Positions 1-7,510 of a DNA stretch of 18,954 bases are shown one piece after another. The stretch is taken from contig JBKBIN010000027.1 of assembly GCA_046296715.1 (NCBI GenBank), forward strand, positions 1 through 18,954, given 5' to 3'. Position numbers and translations under genes: made by a program. This DNA comes from Candidatus Ratteibacteria bacterium (lineage in GTDB: Bacteria > Ratteibacteria > UBA8468 > B48-G9 > JAFGKM01). The notes below the pieces were generated by a model. The model was not told the origin of the DNA. It searched no databases and worked only from the letters and a program-made list of their open reading frames with translations. Numbering within the stretch: position 1 is the first letter of the stretch; each line of letters opens with the position of its first letter.

Positions 1-906
1 AGAATCAAAATAATCACTTTTTATGTTTCTTCTATTTTTACTTATCAAAGTTTCGATAAATGTTTTGTCTTCAAGATAATAAAGGTCTTGATTCCAGATA
101 AATTCTTCATATTTATCAGATGTTATAATCACAATCTTTTTATGTGTATACTCAATCAGTTTTTTCTTACATATAAATCTAATTTTCGGTGGATAGAACT
201 TTATGATTTCAGGGAATAAAGCATAAGTACACAAAAGATTTCCATAAATACCATTTTCAAATTCAAATATTGAACAACTTGCATCATCTCCTGTATATAA
301 TCTTTCTTCCGGGAAAAATCCTCTTACTCTTTTTGTGTAAACGGACTTTATTTCACCAAAAACATATCTAATCAAATCAATAAAATGAATTGCCTGATCA
401 ACTATTTGCCCTCCTGCTTTCTCTTTACTTTTTATTGAATCAACAAGTGGAATTGTCCAAAACCACTCAGATGAAATAAATATTACTTTCTCACTTTTTA
501 ACATCTCTTTTAATTTTTCTACTGCTGGATCATATCTCATCATAAAACCTACACTATGAATAATATTTTTTTCTTTTAATTTCTCAATAACTATTTCAGT
601 TTCTTCTTTTTTTAAAGCAGGTGGTTTTTCAAGAAAAAAAGGCAAATTTTTTTCAATACAATATAAAACAATTTCAGTATGAGTATCTGCTGGTGTGCAT
701 ATCCAAACACAATCAAGATTTTCTTTCTCTATCATTTCTTTATAGTCAAGATAGTATTTACAACCGATTTCCTCTGCCTTCTTCTTTGCAATTTCTTCTG
801 AAATATCACAAACAGATTTAATCTTAACTTTTTCAATTTTTTTTAAGGAAGATATATGAACATTTGAAATTCTACCAGTTCCAATTATTCCAACTTTTAT
901 TTCCAT
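1..906 (-). CDS. Gfo/Idh/MocA family NAD(P)-dependent oxidoreductase, 3' end outside window
   Basis: Not in ORF track because it runs off the window. Manual translation from ATG at 906: MEIKVGIIGTGRISNVH... (Rossmann GxGxxS), VWICTPADTH, FLEKPPA (EKP motif), VGFMMRYDP, GGQIVDQAIHFIDLIRY. SD GGAGGT just upstream (911-916). Confidence 0.93.
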   Translation of the reverse strand, partial: MEIKVGIIGTGRISNVHISSLKKIEKVKIKSVCDISEEIAKKKAEEIGCKYYLDYKEMIEKENLDCVWICTPADTHTEIVLYCIEKNLPFFLEKPPALKKEETEIVIEKLKEKNIIHSVGFMMRYDPAVEKLKEMLKSEKVIFISSEWFWTIPLVDSIKSKEKAGGQIVDQAIHFIDLIRYVFGEIKSVYTKRVRGFFPEERLYTGDDASCSIFEFENGIYGNLLCTYALFPEIIKFYPPKIRFICKKKLIEYTHKKIVIITSDKYEEFIWNQDLYYLEDKTFIETLISKNRRNIKSDYFDS

Positions 907-908
907 TT

Positions 909-1356
909 TTACCTCCATAGTTGTTCAAGAAATTCTTTAGACCTTAAAATATCCTTTCTTCTATCCTCATTAGGTTTTGAACGTATTTCAATCATTAAAA
1001 AGCCCTTATATCCAATATCTTTAAGTGCATTTATATAACTTTTATAATCAACTTCTCCAATATTTGCAGGAAGATCTCTAATAGAAATTTTACTCTCCTT
1101 TTCTCTATAACCTTTTTTCCTCCCTTTAATTATATTTTTTGCATGAGTATGAACAATTTTATCCTTTTCCTTCAACAGGATCTTTTCCAGCCAATAAGAT
1201 ATTAGCAGGGTCATAATTTACTTTCAATAATTTTGAATTTACAAGTTTTGATAGTTTTTCCCACATATAATAATCTTTAATAAAACGACTTCCAGACGGT
1301 TCAATTGAAAGATATATATTATTTTTTTATTTTTTTCGCAAAACACCTATCTTCAT
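909..1356 (-). pseudogene. Sugar phosphate isomerase/epimerase (xylose-isomerase-like TIM barrel), disrupted
   Basis: Reads MKIGVLRKK*KNNIYLSIEPSG...VNYDPANILLAGKDPVEG, then shifts frame near 1170 to KDKIVHTHAKN...GEVDYKSYINALKDIGYKGFLMIE. Family motifs E-P, YDPAN, HxHAK and GYxG-x3-IE are present, but there is an in-frame TAA, a frameshift, and most of the N-terminal half is missing. Confidence 0.8.
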
Positions 1357-1415
1357 TTTAAGATAATATGCCATGACAACTTACGAAGTTGAAATTAGAC
1401 AAAATGATATAATGT

Positions 1416-1426
1416 TATGCCACCTC
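1416..1426 (+). repeat. Left subterminal inverted repeat TATGCCACCTC
   Basis: Exact reverse complement of GAGGTGGCATA at 2632-2642. Confidence 0.9.
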
Positions 1427-1467
1427 CAAAAAAGGAGATAAAATAGAGATATAAAAAGGAGGTGGCT

Positions 1468-2569
1468 ATGAACTATGTAGGGATAGACTTACATAAGCGT
1501 TCTACTTATGTAAGTGTAATGAATAAAGAAGGAGAGTTAATAATGCAAAAAAGGGTATTAACAGAGCCTGAAGAATTGAAGTTGTTGTTAGATAGAGTTC
1601 CAAAGCCATTTTCAGCAGTTATTGAAGCAAGTAGAAACTGGTATTGGGTGTATGATTTAGTAGAAGAGATAGCAGAAGAAGTAAAATTAGCTCATCCACC
1701 AAAGACAAGGTTAATAGCAGAAGCCAGGATAAAAACAGACAAAATTGACTCAAAGATACTTGCTGATTTACTACGGACAGATTACTTACCAACTTGTTAT
1801 GTTGGGTGATAAAGAAACACGACAGATGAGAGAGCTTTTAAGGCATCGTGCATATTTGATAAGAATTCGTAGTGGGTTAAAAAATCGTGTTCATTGTATA
1901 TTAGATAAATGTGGTATAATTCATCCATATGAGGAGTTATTTAGTAGAAGTGGGATAAAATTTCTTAAGAATATAAAGCTTGACTGGTCATATCAGAGAC
2001 AATTAGATGAGTGTATAGAATTGATAGAGATATTAAAAGAGAAAGAGAGAGAGCAGAACAAGATTATAGAGAGGATATGTAAAGAGAGAGAAGAAGCAGA
2101 ATTTCTTATGAGTTTACCAGGGATAGGATATCACAATGCATTGTTGATAATTAGTGAGATAGGAGATATAAATAGATTTCCAGATGGAGAACATTTTGCT
2201 TGTTATTGTGGATTAGTTCCGAGTGTATATATTAGTGATACTATACATTATGGGCATATAACAAAACAGGGTTCAAGATGGTTAAGATGGATATATATAG
2301 AAGCAGGACATTTTGCAAGGAGACATTCTATAAGATTTAGTAAATTATATAACCAAGTAAAAGATCGTAGTGGAAAACAAAAAGCAATAGTTGCGGTAGG
2401 AAGAGAGTTAGCAGTAATAAGTTATTATTTATTGAAAAATAGAGAAAAGTTTAGAGATTATAAATGGGAAGGAGAGTGTGAAAGAGATTTTTTTGACCCG
2501 TATGAGGTCGCCAAAATGATTGCGGCTCCTCCTACGAACTTATATAATGCTTTAAATAAAAGCGGATAG
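1468..2569 (+). pseudogene. IS110-family DEDD transposase/recombinase, split by a +1 frameshift at ~1804-1806
   Basis: N-terminal RuvC-like DEDD domain (YVGIDLHK, VIEAS, KTDKID) in ORF 1462-1809; C-terminal Transposase_20-type region (LMSLPGIG, EIGDINRF, YCGLVPSVYIS, GHITKQGSRWLR, KAIVAVGREL) in ORF 1745-2569. Removing one G from GTTGGGTGAT gives ...TCYVGDKETRQMRELLRHR and a 366-aa protein. SD AGGAGG at 1457-1462 favours ATG 1468. Confidence 0.92.
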
Positions 2570-2631
2570 ATGAATGTGACTAAAATTAAAAGTAGGAAGT
2601 TCGTGGAAATGAAGGGAAAAATTTTACTTGA
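2465..2631 (+). ncRNA. Candidate bridge RNA / seekRNA of the IS1111-type element (boundaries approximate)
   Basis: Expected 3' position for IS1111-type elements. Stems GACC/GGTC (2495-2498/2506-2509), 10-bp 2532-2541/2597-2606 (one G-U), GCTTT/AAAGC (2549-2553/2559-2563). Segments outside or at the edges of these stems match target and donor sequences. Confidence 0.68.
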
Positions 2632-2642
2632 GAGGTGGCATA
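2632..2642 (-). repeat. Right subterminal inverted repeat GAGGTGGCATA
   Basis: Exact reverse complement of 1416-1426, a few nt inside the ATA core at 2644-2646. Confidence 0.9.
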
Positions 2643-2714
2643 CATAGATGAAAAAATATGCAAAAATGTATTTAATGAGAAAATGGTTCCTATGTACTCT
2701 ATTTGTACAGAAAC

Positions 2715-2743
2715 TTGACATATAGAAAAAACATTCCTAAAAT
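2715..2743 (+). promoter_or_regulatory. Sigma70-type promoter upstream of the epimerase gene
   Basis: TTGACA (2715-2720) - 17 bp - TAAAAT (2738-2743). Confidence 0.7.
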
Positions 2744-2784
2744 TTCCTTTGATAATTTGAATAAAAAGTTTACAAATTCAAAAA

Positions 2785-3699
2785 ATGAAGATTTTTGTAA
2801 TAGGTGGGACTGGACATATAGGAGGAAATCTTGTTAAGTTTTTAGCAAAGGAGAATTTTGATATATTTATTTTAACAAGGGGAATTAAACCATTACCTGA
2901 AAACAATAAAATAAAATTTTTTAAAAAGAACTACGATTCAAATAAGAAAGATTGGGAAAAAATATTTAGTGAAATTAAACCAGATGTGATTGTTGATATT
3001 CTTGGGACTTATGCTCCAGTTGTTTATGAAGCAGGAAAGATTTATTGTAAACATTTTATTTTATGTGGCTCAATATGGATGTATGGAGAACCTAAAAAAG
3101 TCCCAACACCTGAAGAGACACAATCTGAATGTATTTTTTCTGGATATAGAAAAAGGTATGAAGAAATGCAAAAGATTAAAATTCAGGCAAAAAATGATGG
3201 TATAAATTTCACTGCTATAATGCCACCAAATATTTGCGGTCCTGGCAAAATTCCTCTTGATTGCTATGGGAAAAGAGACATAGAAAACCATAAAAGACAT
3301 AAAAAAGGGGAAGTTGTTTTTCTACCTGAACCAGGGCAAACACTTATTGGTCCATGTGATGCAGAAGATGTTGCAAAAGGATTTTTCTTGTCAATTGTAA
3401 ATCCATCTAATTCAAGTGATGAGATTTTCAATGTTGGAGCAAGTTATTCAATTACTGTAAAACAATTTGTTGAAACATATGGAGAGATTTATAGAGTCAA
3501 AATACCAATAAATTTTGTTAGTTGGAAAGAATATTCTGAAAAAATAAATCCTGAACCAGGTGCAAATACTCATTTTAAATGGAATATGTGCCCTGATATA
3601 TCAAAAATTTTAAAAAAACTTGGTTATAAACCTAAATATACACCAGAAGAAACAATAGAAAGGGCAGTTAAATGGATGGAAGAAAATAATCTAATTTAA
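2785..3699 (+). CDS. NAD-dependent epimerase/dehydratase family protein (extended/atypical SDR)
   Basis: MKIFVIGGTGHIG Rossmann motif, PPNICGPG, AEDVAKGF, EIFNVG, C-terminal LGYKPKYT; 304 aa. Confidence 0.9.
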   Translation: MKIFVIGGTGHIGGNLVKFLAKENFDIFILTRGIKPLPENNKIKFFKKNYDSNKKDWEKIFSEIKPDVIVDILGTYAPVVYEAGKIYCKHFILCGSIWMYGEPKKVPTPEETQSECIFSGYRKRYEEMQKIKIQAKNDGINFTAIMPPNICGPGKIPLDCYGKRDIENHKRHKKGEVVFLPEPGQTLIGPCDAEDVAKGFFLSIVNPSNSSDEIFNVGASYSITVKQFVETYGEIYRVKIPINFVSWKEYSEKINPEPGANTHFKWNMCPDISKILKKLGYKPKYTPEETIERAVKWMEENNLI

Positions 3700-3704
3700 A
3701 AACA

Positions 3705-4349
3705 TTAAATTTTCTGCCAGTATTCATACTCGTATTTCCACTCATCTTTTCTCATTTCAACAAGTTTTTTAAAGTATTCTTTATTTCTTTCAATTTTTCT
3801 TTTTTGGTCTTTAAATTCCTTTTTCTCCTTTATTGCTCCTAAGAAAACACCCACAGATTCCTTTAATTTTTCATAGTCATCATTTTTTAAGGGAACTTTT
3901 AAATTTATTCCATCTACAAACTGTGCTCCTACTGTATTTGAATAATGTTTTAGATAATTAAGTACCATTTCTCCCTTTCCACTACCGCTTGTGACTATTC
4001 CAAAAGTATATTTTCCTTCAAGACGAAGACAATGAATAAAATGGCTTGTTCTATCAAAAAGTGCTTTAATCTGGGCTGAAACATTATCTATATATACAGG
4101 CGAAGCAAAAACAATCCCATCTGAAAGAAGCATTTTTTCAACTATCAAATTCCTATCATCTGGGATTGGACATCTTTCTTGTTTGTGGCATTTTTCACAA
4201 GCAAGACAAAAACCAACCTTTTCCTTACTTAAATCAAAGATTTCTGTTTCAAAGCCATTTTCTTTACATATTTCTAAAAATCTTATAAGAAGTTTTCTTG
4301 TCTGACTTTTCTCCCCTCTTGGACTACCACAAATCCCTATAATCTTCAT
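3705..4349 (-). CDS. Flavodoxin-fold FMN reductase / iron-sulfur flavoprotein (Isf-like)
   Basis: GICGSPR, CLACEKCHKQERC (Cx2Cx2Cx5C), DGIVFASPVY, QIKALFDR; SD AGGAGG upstream. Confidence 0.9.
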   Translation of the reverse strand: MKIIGICGSPRGEKSQTRKLLIRFLEICKENGFETEIFDLSKEKVGFCLACEKCHKQERCPIPDDRNLIVEKMLLSDGIVFASPVYIDNVSAQIKALFDRTSHFIHCLRLEGKYTFGIVTSGSGKGEMVLNYLKHYSNTVGAQFVDGINLKVPLKNDDYEKLKESVGVFLGAIKEKKEFKDQKRKIERNKEYFKKLVEMRKDEWKYEYEYWQKI

Positions 4350-4381
4350 AACTTCCTCCTATTATAAGCATCGTTTTAATT

Positions 4382-4410
4382 ATTATAATATCATGCCCTT
4401 TATTTATCAA
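4382..4410 (-). promoter_or_regulatory. Sigma70-type promoter for the iron-sulfur flavoprotein gene
   Basis: Minus strand TTGATA (4410-4405) - 17 bp - TATAAT (4387-4382). Confidence 0.6.
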
Positions 4411-4439
4411 TTCATTATAATCCAGATTATCGTTAAAAT

Positions 4440-4469
4440 TTGATTTTTTAAAGAGAAAAATTGTAAAAT
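4440..4469 (+). promoter_or_regulatory. Possible promoter for the 4489-8206 operon
   Basis: TTGATT (4440-4445) - 18 bp - TAAAAT (4464-4469), followed by SD AAGGAGG. AT-rich context lowers specificity. Confidence 0.4.
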
Positions 4470-4488
4470 AAGAAAAAGGAGGTAAAAA

Positions 4489-5049
4489 ATGATAAAAAAA
4501 ATGGGACTGGTTGTTTTATTAATATTGGGACTTGTAGGTTGTGCTGTTGTTAATGTATATGTTACATTTCCAGAAGAAAAGGTAAAAAAAGCAGCAGAAG
4601 ATTTACTTGCACCTCCAACTCCCTCAAAGTCCCCTCAAAGTTTTCTTGATATTTTCTTTGTAAAAAATCTTTATGCAGATGAAGTTGTTGTAACAAAAGA
4701 TTTAAAAACTGATTCTCCAAAGATAAAAGAAGCAAAAGAAAAAATGGATACATGGAGAGAAAAACTTGACCAATTTAAAAAAGATGGATATATAGGAGAG
4801 ACAAATGATTTTAAAGTTGTAATTAGAGAAATACCAAGAGATTCTGAAATTGCAAAACAAGTAAAAAAGATAGTTGATGATGAAAATAAACAGAGAGAAA
4901 TAATTATTAGTGAACTTCTAAAAATAAACAATGCAGCACCTACAGAAGAAAAAAAGTTTAGGAAAATTTTTGGTGAAGTTGCACAGAAATACTCTCCAAC
5001 CAATACATGGATACAACTTTCTGACGGTTCTTGGACAAAGAAAAAATGA
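4489..5049 (+). CDS. Lipoprotein, DUF1318/YdbL-like
   Basis: Signal peptide with lipobox LVGC; VNVYVTFP-x6-AAEDL; GYIGETNDF, VDDENKQRE and terminal WIQLSDGSWTKK resemble YdbL/DUF1318. Confidence 0.78.
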   Translation: MIKKMGLVVLLILGLVGCAVVNVYVTFPEEKVKKAAEDLLAPPTPSKSPQSFLDIFFVKNLYADEVVVTKDLKTDSPKIKEAKEKMDTWREKLDQFKKDGYIGETNDFKVVIREIPRDSEIAKQVKKIVDDENKQREIIISELLKINNAAPTEEKKFRKIFGEVAQKYSPTNTWIQLSDGSWTKKK

Positions 5050-6104
5050 GTAAATACTTATTAACAGGATGTGAAGCAGCGGCAGAAGCAGCAATTCATG
5101 CAGGATGTAAGTTTTATGCTGGGTATCCAATAACTCCACAAAATAGATTTCCAGAATATATGAGTAAGAGATTACCTGAAGAGGGAGGTGTTTTTATACA
5201 GGCAGAAAGTGAAATTTCTGCTATAAATATGGTTTTTGGGGCATCTGTATGTGGATTTAGAGCATTAACTTCTTCTTCATCTCCCGGCATTTCTTTAAAG
5301 CAGGAAGGAATATCTTATTTATGTGGTTGTGAACTACCAGCAGTTATTATAAATATGAATAGAGGAGGCCCTGGTCTTGGCGATGTTACTCCTTCGCAAA
5401 GTGATTATTTTCAATCAACAAGAGGCGGAGGTCATGGTGATTATAGAACAATTGTATATGCTCCATGGACAGTTCAGGAACTTTATGATTTAACATATCT
5501 TGCTTTTGATATTTCTGATAAATACAGAAATCCTGTTTTAATTCTTGCAGATGGAATTCTTGCACAGATGATGGAATCAATAAAATTTAAAAGAAGAAAA
5601 AAAAGATTACCTGAAAAAAAATGGGCTTTAAACGGATGTATAGGAAGAGAACCAAATTCAATAAAATCATTATTTTTAACTCCTGGCGTTCTTGAAAAAC
5701 ATAACTGGCACCTTTATAGAAAATACAAAAAAATTGAAGCAAAAGAAGTAAAATATGAAGAATATTTCTGTCAGGATGCAGAATTTTTAATTGTAAGTTT
5801 TGGGACATGTGCAAGAATATGTTATGAAAGTGTTAAAATTTTAAGAGAAAAGGGTAAAAAAGTGGGATTATTTAGACCAATAACTTTATGGCCATTCCCT
5901 TACAAAGAACTTGAAAAAACAATCAAAAAGATGAAGAAAATATTTGTGGTTGAGATGAACCTTGGACAGATGATAGATGATGTTAAAATAGCAAATAGAA
6001 AAAACTTACCTATTTATTTTTATGGCAGACCTGGAGGAGGTGTTCCTACACCTGAAGAAATATCAAACTTTCTCCGCTTACACCTCGTAGGTGTTAGGAG
6101 GTAA
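5046..6104 (+). CDS. vorB: 2-oxoacid:ferredoxin oxidoreductase alpha-type subunit (3-methyl-2-oxobutanoate dehydrogenase VorB-like)
   Basis: GYPITPQ, QAESEISAINMVFGA, TSSSSPGISLKQEG, RGGPGLG, RGGGHGDY, FRPITLWPFP, VEMNLGQM. Start ATG 5046 overlaps the upstream stop (ATGA). Confidence 0.92.
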   Translation: MSKYLLTGCEAAAEAAIHAGCKFYAGYPITPQNRFPEYMSKRLPEEGGVFIQAESEISAINMVFGASVCGFRALTSSSSPGISLKQEGISYLCGCELPAVIINMNRGGPGLGDVTPSQSDYFQSTRGGGHGDYRTIVYAPWTVQELYDLTYLAFDISDKYRNPVLILADGILAQMMESIKFKRRKKRLPEKKWALNGCIGREPNSIKSLFLTPGVLEKHNWHLYRKYKKIEAKEVKYEEYFCQDAEFLIVSFGTCARICYESVKILREKGKKVGLFRPITLWPFPYKELEKTIKKMKKIFVVEMNLGQMIDDVKIANRKNLPIYFYGRPGGGVPTPEEISNFLRLHLVGVRR

Positions 6105-6107
6105 GGT

Positions 6108-6851
6108 ATGGAAGTTATCTATAAGAAACCGGAAAGTTTGAAGGATGAAGTTACAACATATTGTCCTGGTTGCGGTCATGGAATTATACATAGATTAATA
6201 GCTGAAGTAATAGATGAATTTGGAGTAAGAGAAAAAACAATTGGAGTTGCTCCTGTTGGATGTGCTGTCCTTGCTTATAATTTTTTTAATTTTGATGTAA
6301 CAGAATCAGCCCATGGAAGAGCACCAGCAGTCGCAACAGCTATAAAACGACTTTTACCAGATAGAATTGTCTTTACTTATCAAGGGGATGGAGACCTTGC
6401 TGCAATTGGAACAAGTGAAATAATCCATGCAGCTGCAAGAGGAGAAAATATAACTGTTATCTTTGTAAATAATGCAGTATATGGAATGACAAAAGGACAA
6501 ATGGCACCAACTACATTACCAGGGATGAAAACGACAACAACAATTGATGGAAGAAATACTAAAATTCATGGTTATCCTTTAAAAGTTTGTGAATTATTAT
6601 CTCAAATAGATGGTGTCTTTTATCTTGAAAGGACAGCAATTGATTCGGTTGCTGGTATTATTAAAACAAAGTCAGCAATAAAAAAAGCATTTCAAAATCA
6701 GATTGAGAATAAAGGTTTTTCTTTGGTTGAAATTCTATCACCTTGTCCTGTTAACTGGAAAATGACACCAATTCAATCATTAAATTTTATTAAAGAAGTT
6801 ATGTGTAAATATTTTGTCCCTGGAGTTTATAAAGATAAAGGAGGCAAATAA
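6108..6851 (+). CDS. 2-oxoacid:ferredoxin oxidoreductase beta (TPP-binding) subunit
   Basis: YCPGCGHG, PVGC, HGRAPA, TPP motif GDGD...NN, YGMTKGQMAPTT, EILSPCPVNW. Confidence 0.93.
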   Translation: MEVIYKKPESLKDEVTTYCPGCGHGIIHRLIAEVIDEFGVREKTIGVAPVGCAVLAYNFFNFDVTESAHGRAPAVATAIKRLLPDRIVFTYQGDGDLAAIGTSEIIHAAARGENITVIFVNNAVYGMTKGQMAPTTLPGMKTTTTIDGRNTKIHGYPLKVCELLSQIDGVFYLERTAIDSVAGIIKTKSAIKKAFQNQIENKGFSLVEILSPCPVNWKMTPIQSLNFIKEVMCKYFVPGVYKDKGGK

Positions 6852-7510
6852 TGTTCTTTTTACCTTTTTCATTGATTTTACTTCTTATTTTTTTGATTTT
6901 GCTTTTACCATTTTTTCTTTTTATAATTCATATTGAAATAATAAAAATCGCTTTGAATAAAATTGGATTATCTCCATCCCTTGCTTTTTTTATCATTTTG
7001 ATTTCTCTTATCGGAAGTGGTATTAATATCCCTCTCTATACAAGAGATGCAACCATTTTCCCACCAGAACCAAATATTTTTCCCTTTTTCCATCCTTTTG
7101 GAATTCCAAAATTTCAAACAGAACAGGTTATAGCTATAAATCTTGGTGGAGCAATAGTCCCTCTTTTATTATGTCTCTATCTTTTACCAAAAGCTCCTCC
7201 TATTCCAACTCTTTTTGCGACAATAATTTCAACTTTTGTTTGTTTTAAATTATCACATATAGTCCCAGGAATTGGAGTTACTATCCCTGCTTTAATTCCA
7301 CCAATTGTCAGTGTTTTATGTGCATTTTTATTTTCCCCTGGAAATAAAATTCCTGTTGCTTATATCTCTGGTGTTATTGGTGTCTTAATTGGTGCAGATC
7401 TACTTAATCTACCTAATCTGCCGCCTTACCCAGGAGTAATGAGTATAGGTGGCGCTGGTGTTTATGATGGAATTTTTCTTGTTGGTATAATTTCTGTTTT
7501 ATTGGCTTAA
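6851..7510 (+). CDS. DUF1614-type integral membrane protein
   Basis: Multiple hydrophobic segments; SLIGSGINIP, AINLGGAIVP, GVLIGADLLNL, SIGGAGVYDGIFL. Confidence 0.82.
   Translation: MFFLPFSLILLLIFLILLLPFFLFIIHIEIIKIALNKIGLSPSLAFFIILISLIGSGINIPLYTRDATIFPPEPNIFPFFHPFGIPKFQTEQVIAINLGGAIVPLLLCLYLLPKAPPIPTLFATIISTFVCFKLSHIVPGIGVTIPALIPPIVSVLCAFLFSPGNKIPVAYISGVIGVLIGADLLNLPNLPPYPGVMSIGGAGVYDGIFLVGIISVLLA

Larger units (their letters stand above)
1407..2646 (+). mobile_element. IS110-family insertion sequence, IS1111-type architecture (~1.24 kb)
   Basis: IS110 transposase flanked by perfect 11-bp subterminal inverted repeats (1416-1426 / 2632-2642); shared AT(A) core at 1407-1409 and 2644-2646; short left end, longer structured right end; no classical target-site duplication. 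Ends uncertain by about 2 nt. Confidence 0.88.

Noticed and set aside
1373..2718. 36-aa ORF (MTTYEVEIRQNDIDEKICKNVFNEKMVPMYSICTET) restored by removing the IS in the alternative core register
   Set aside because: The preferred register also leaves a similar-length open frame, so it does not discriminate; no SD and no recognisable motif.
2458..2721. 87-aa hydrophobic minus-strand ORF
   Set aside because: Crosses the IS boundary and is antisense to purine-rich transposase/RNA sequence, which produces hydrophobic shadow ORFs.
2714..2725. CTTGACATATAG as the IS right end or the end of a second nested element (8/10 inverted match to 1366-1375)
   Set aside because: Better explained as the -35 of a TTGACA-17-TAAAAT promoter; the perfect 11-bp IR and core place the IS end at about 2646.
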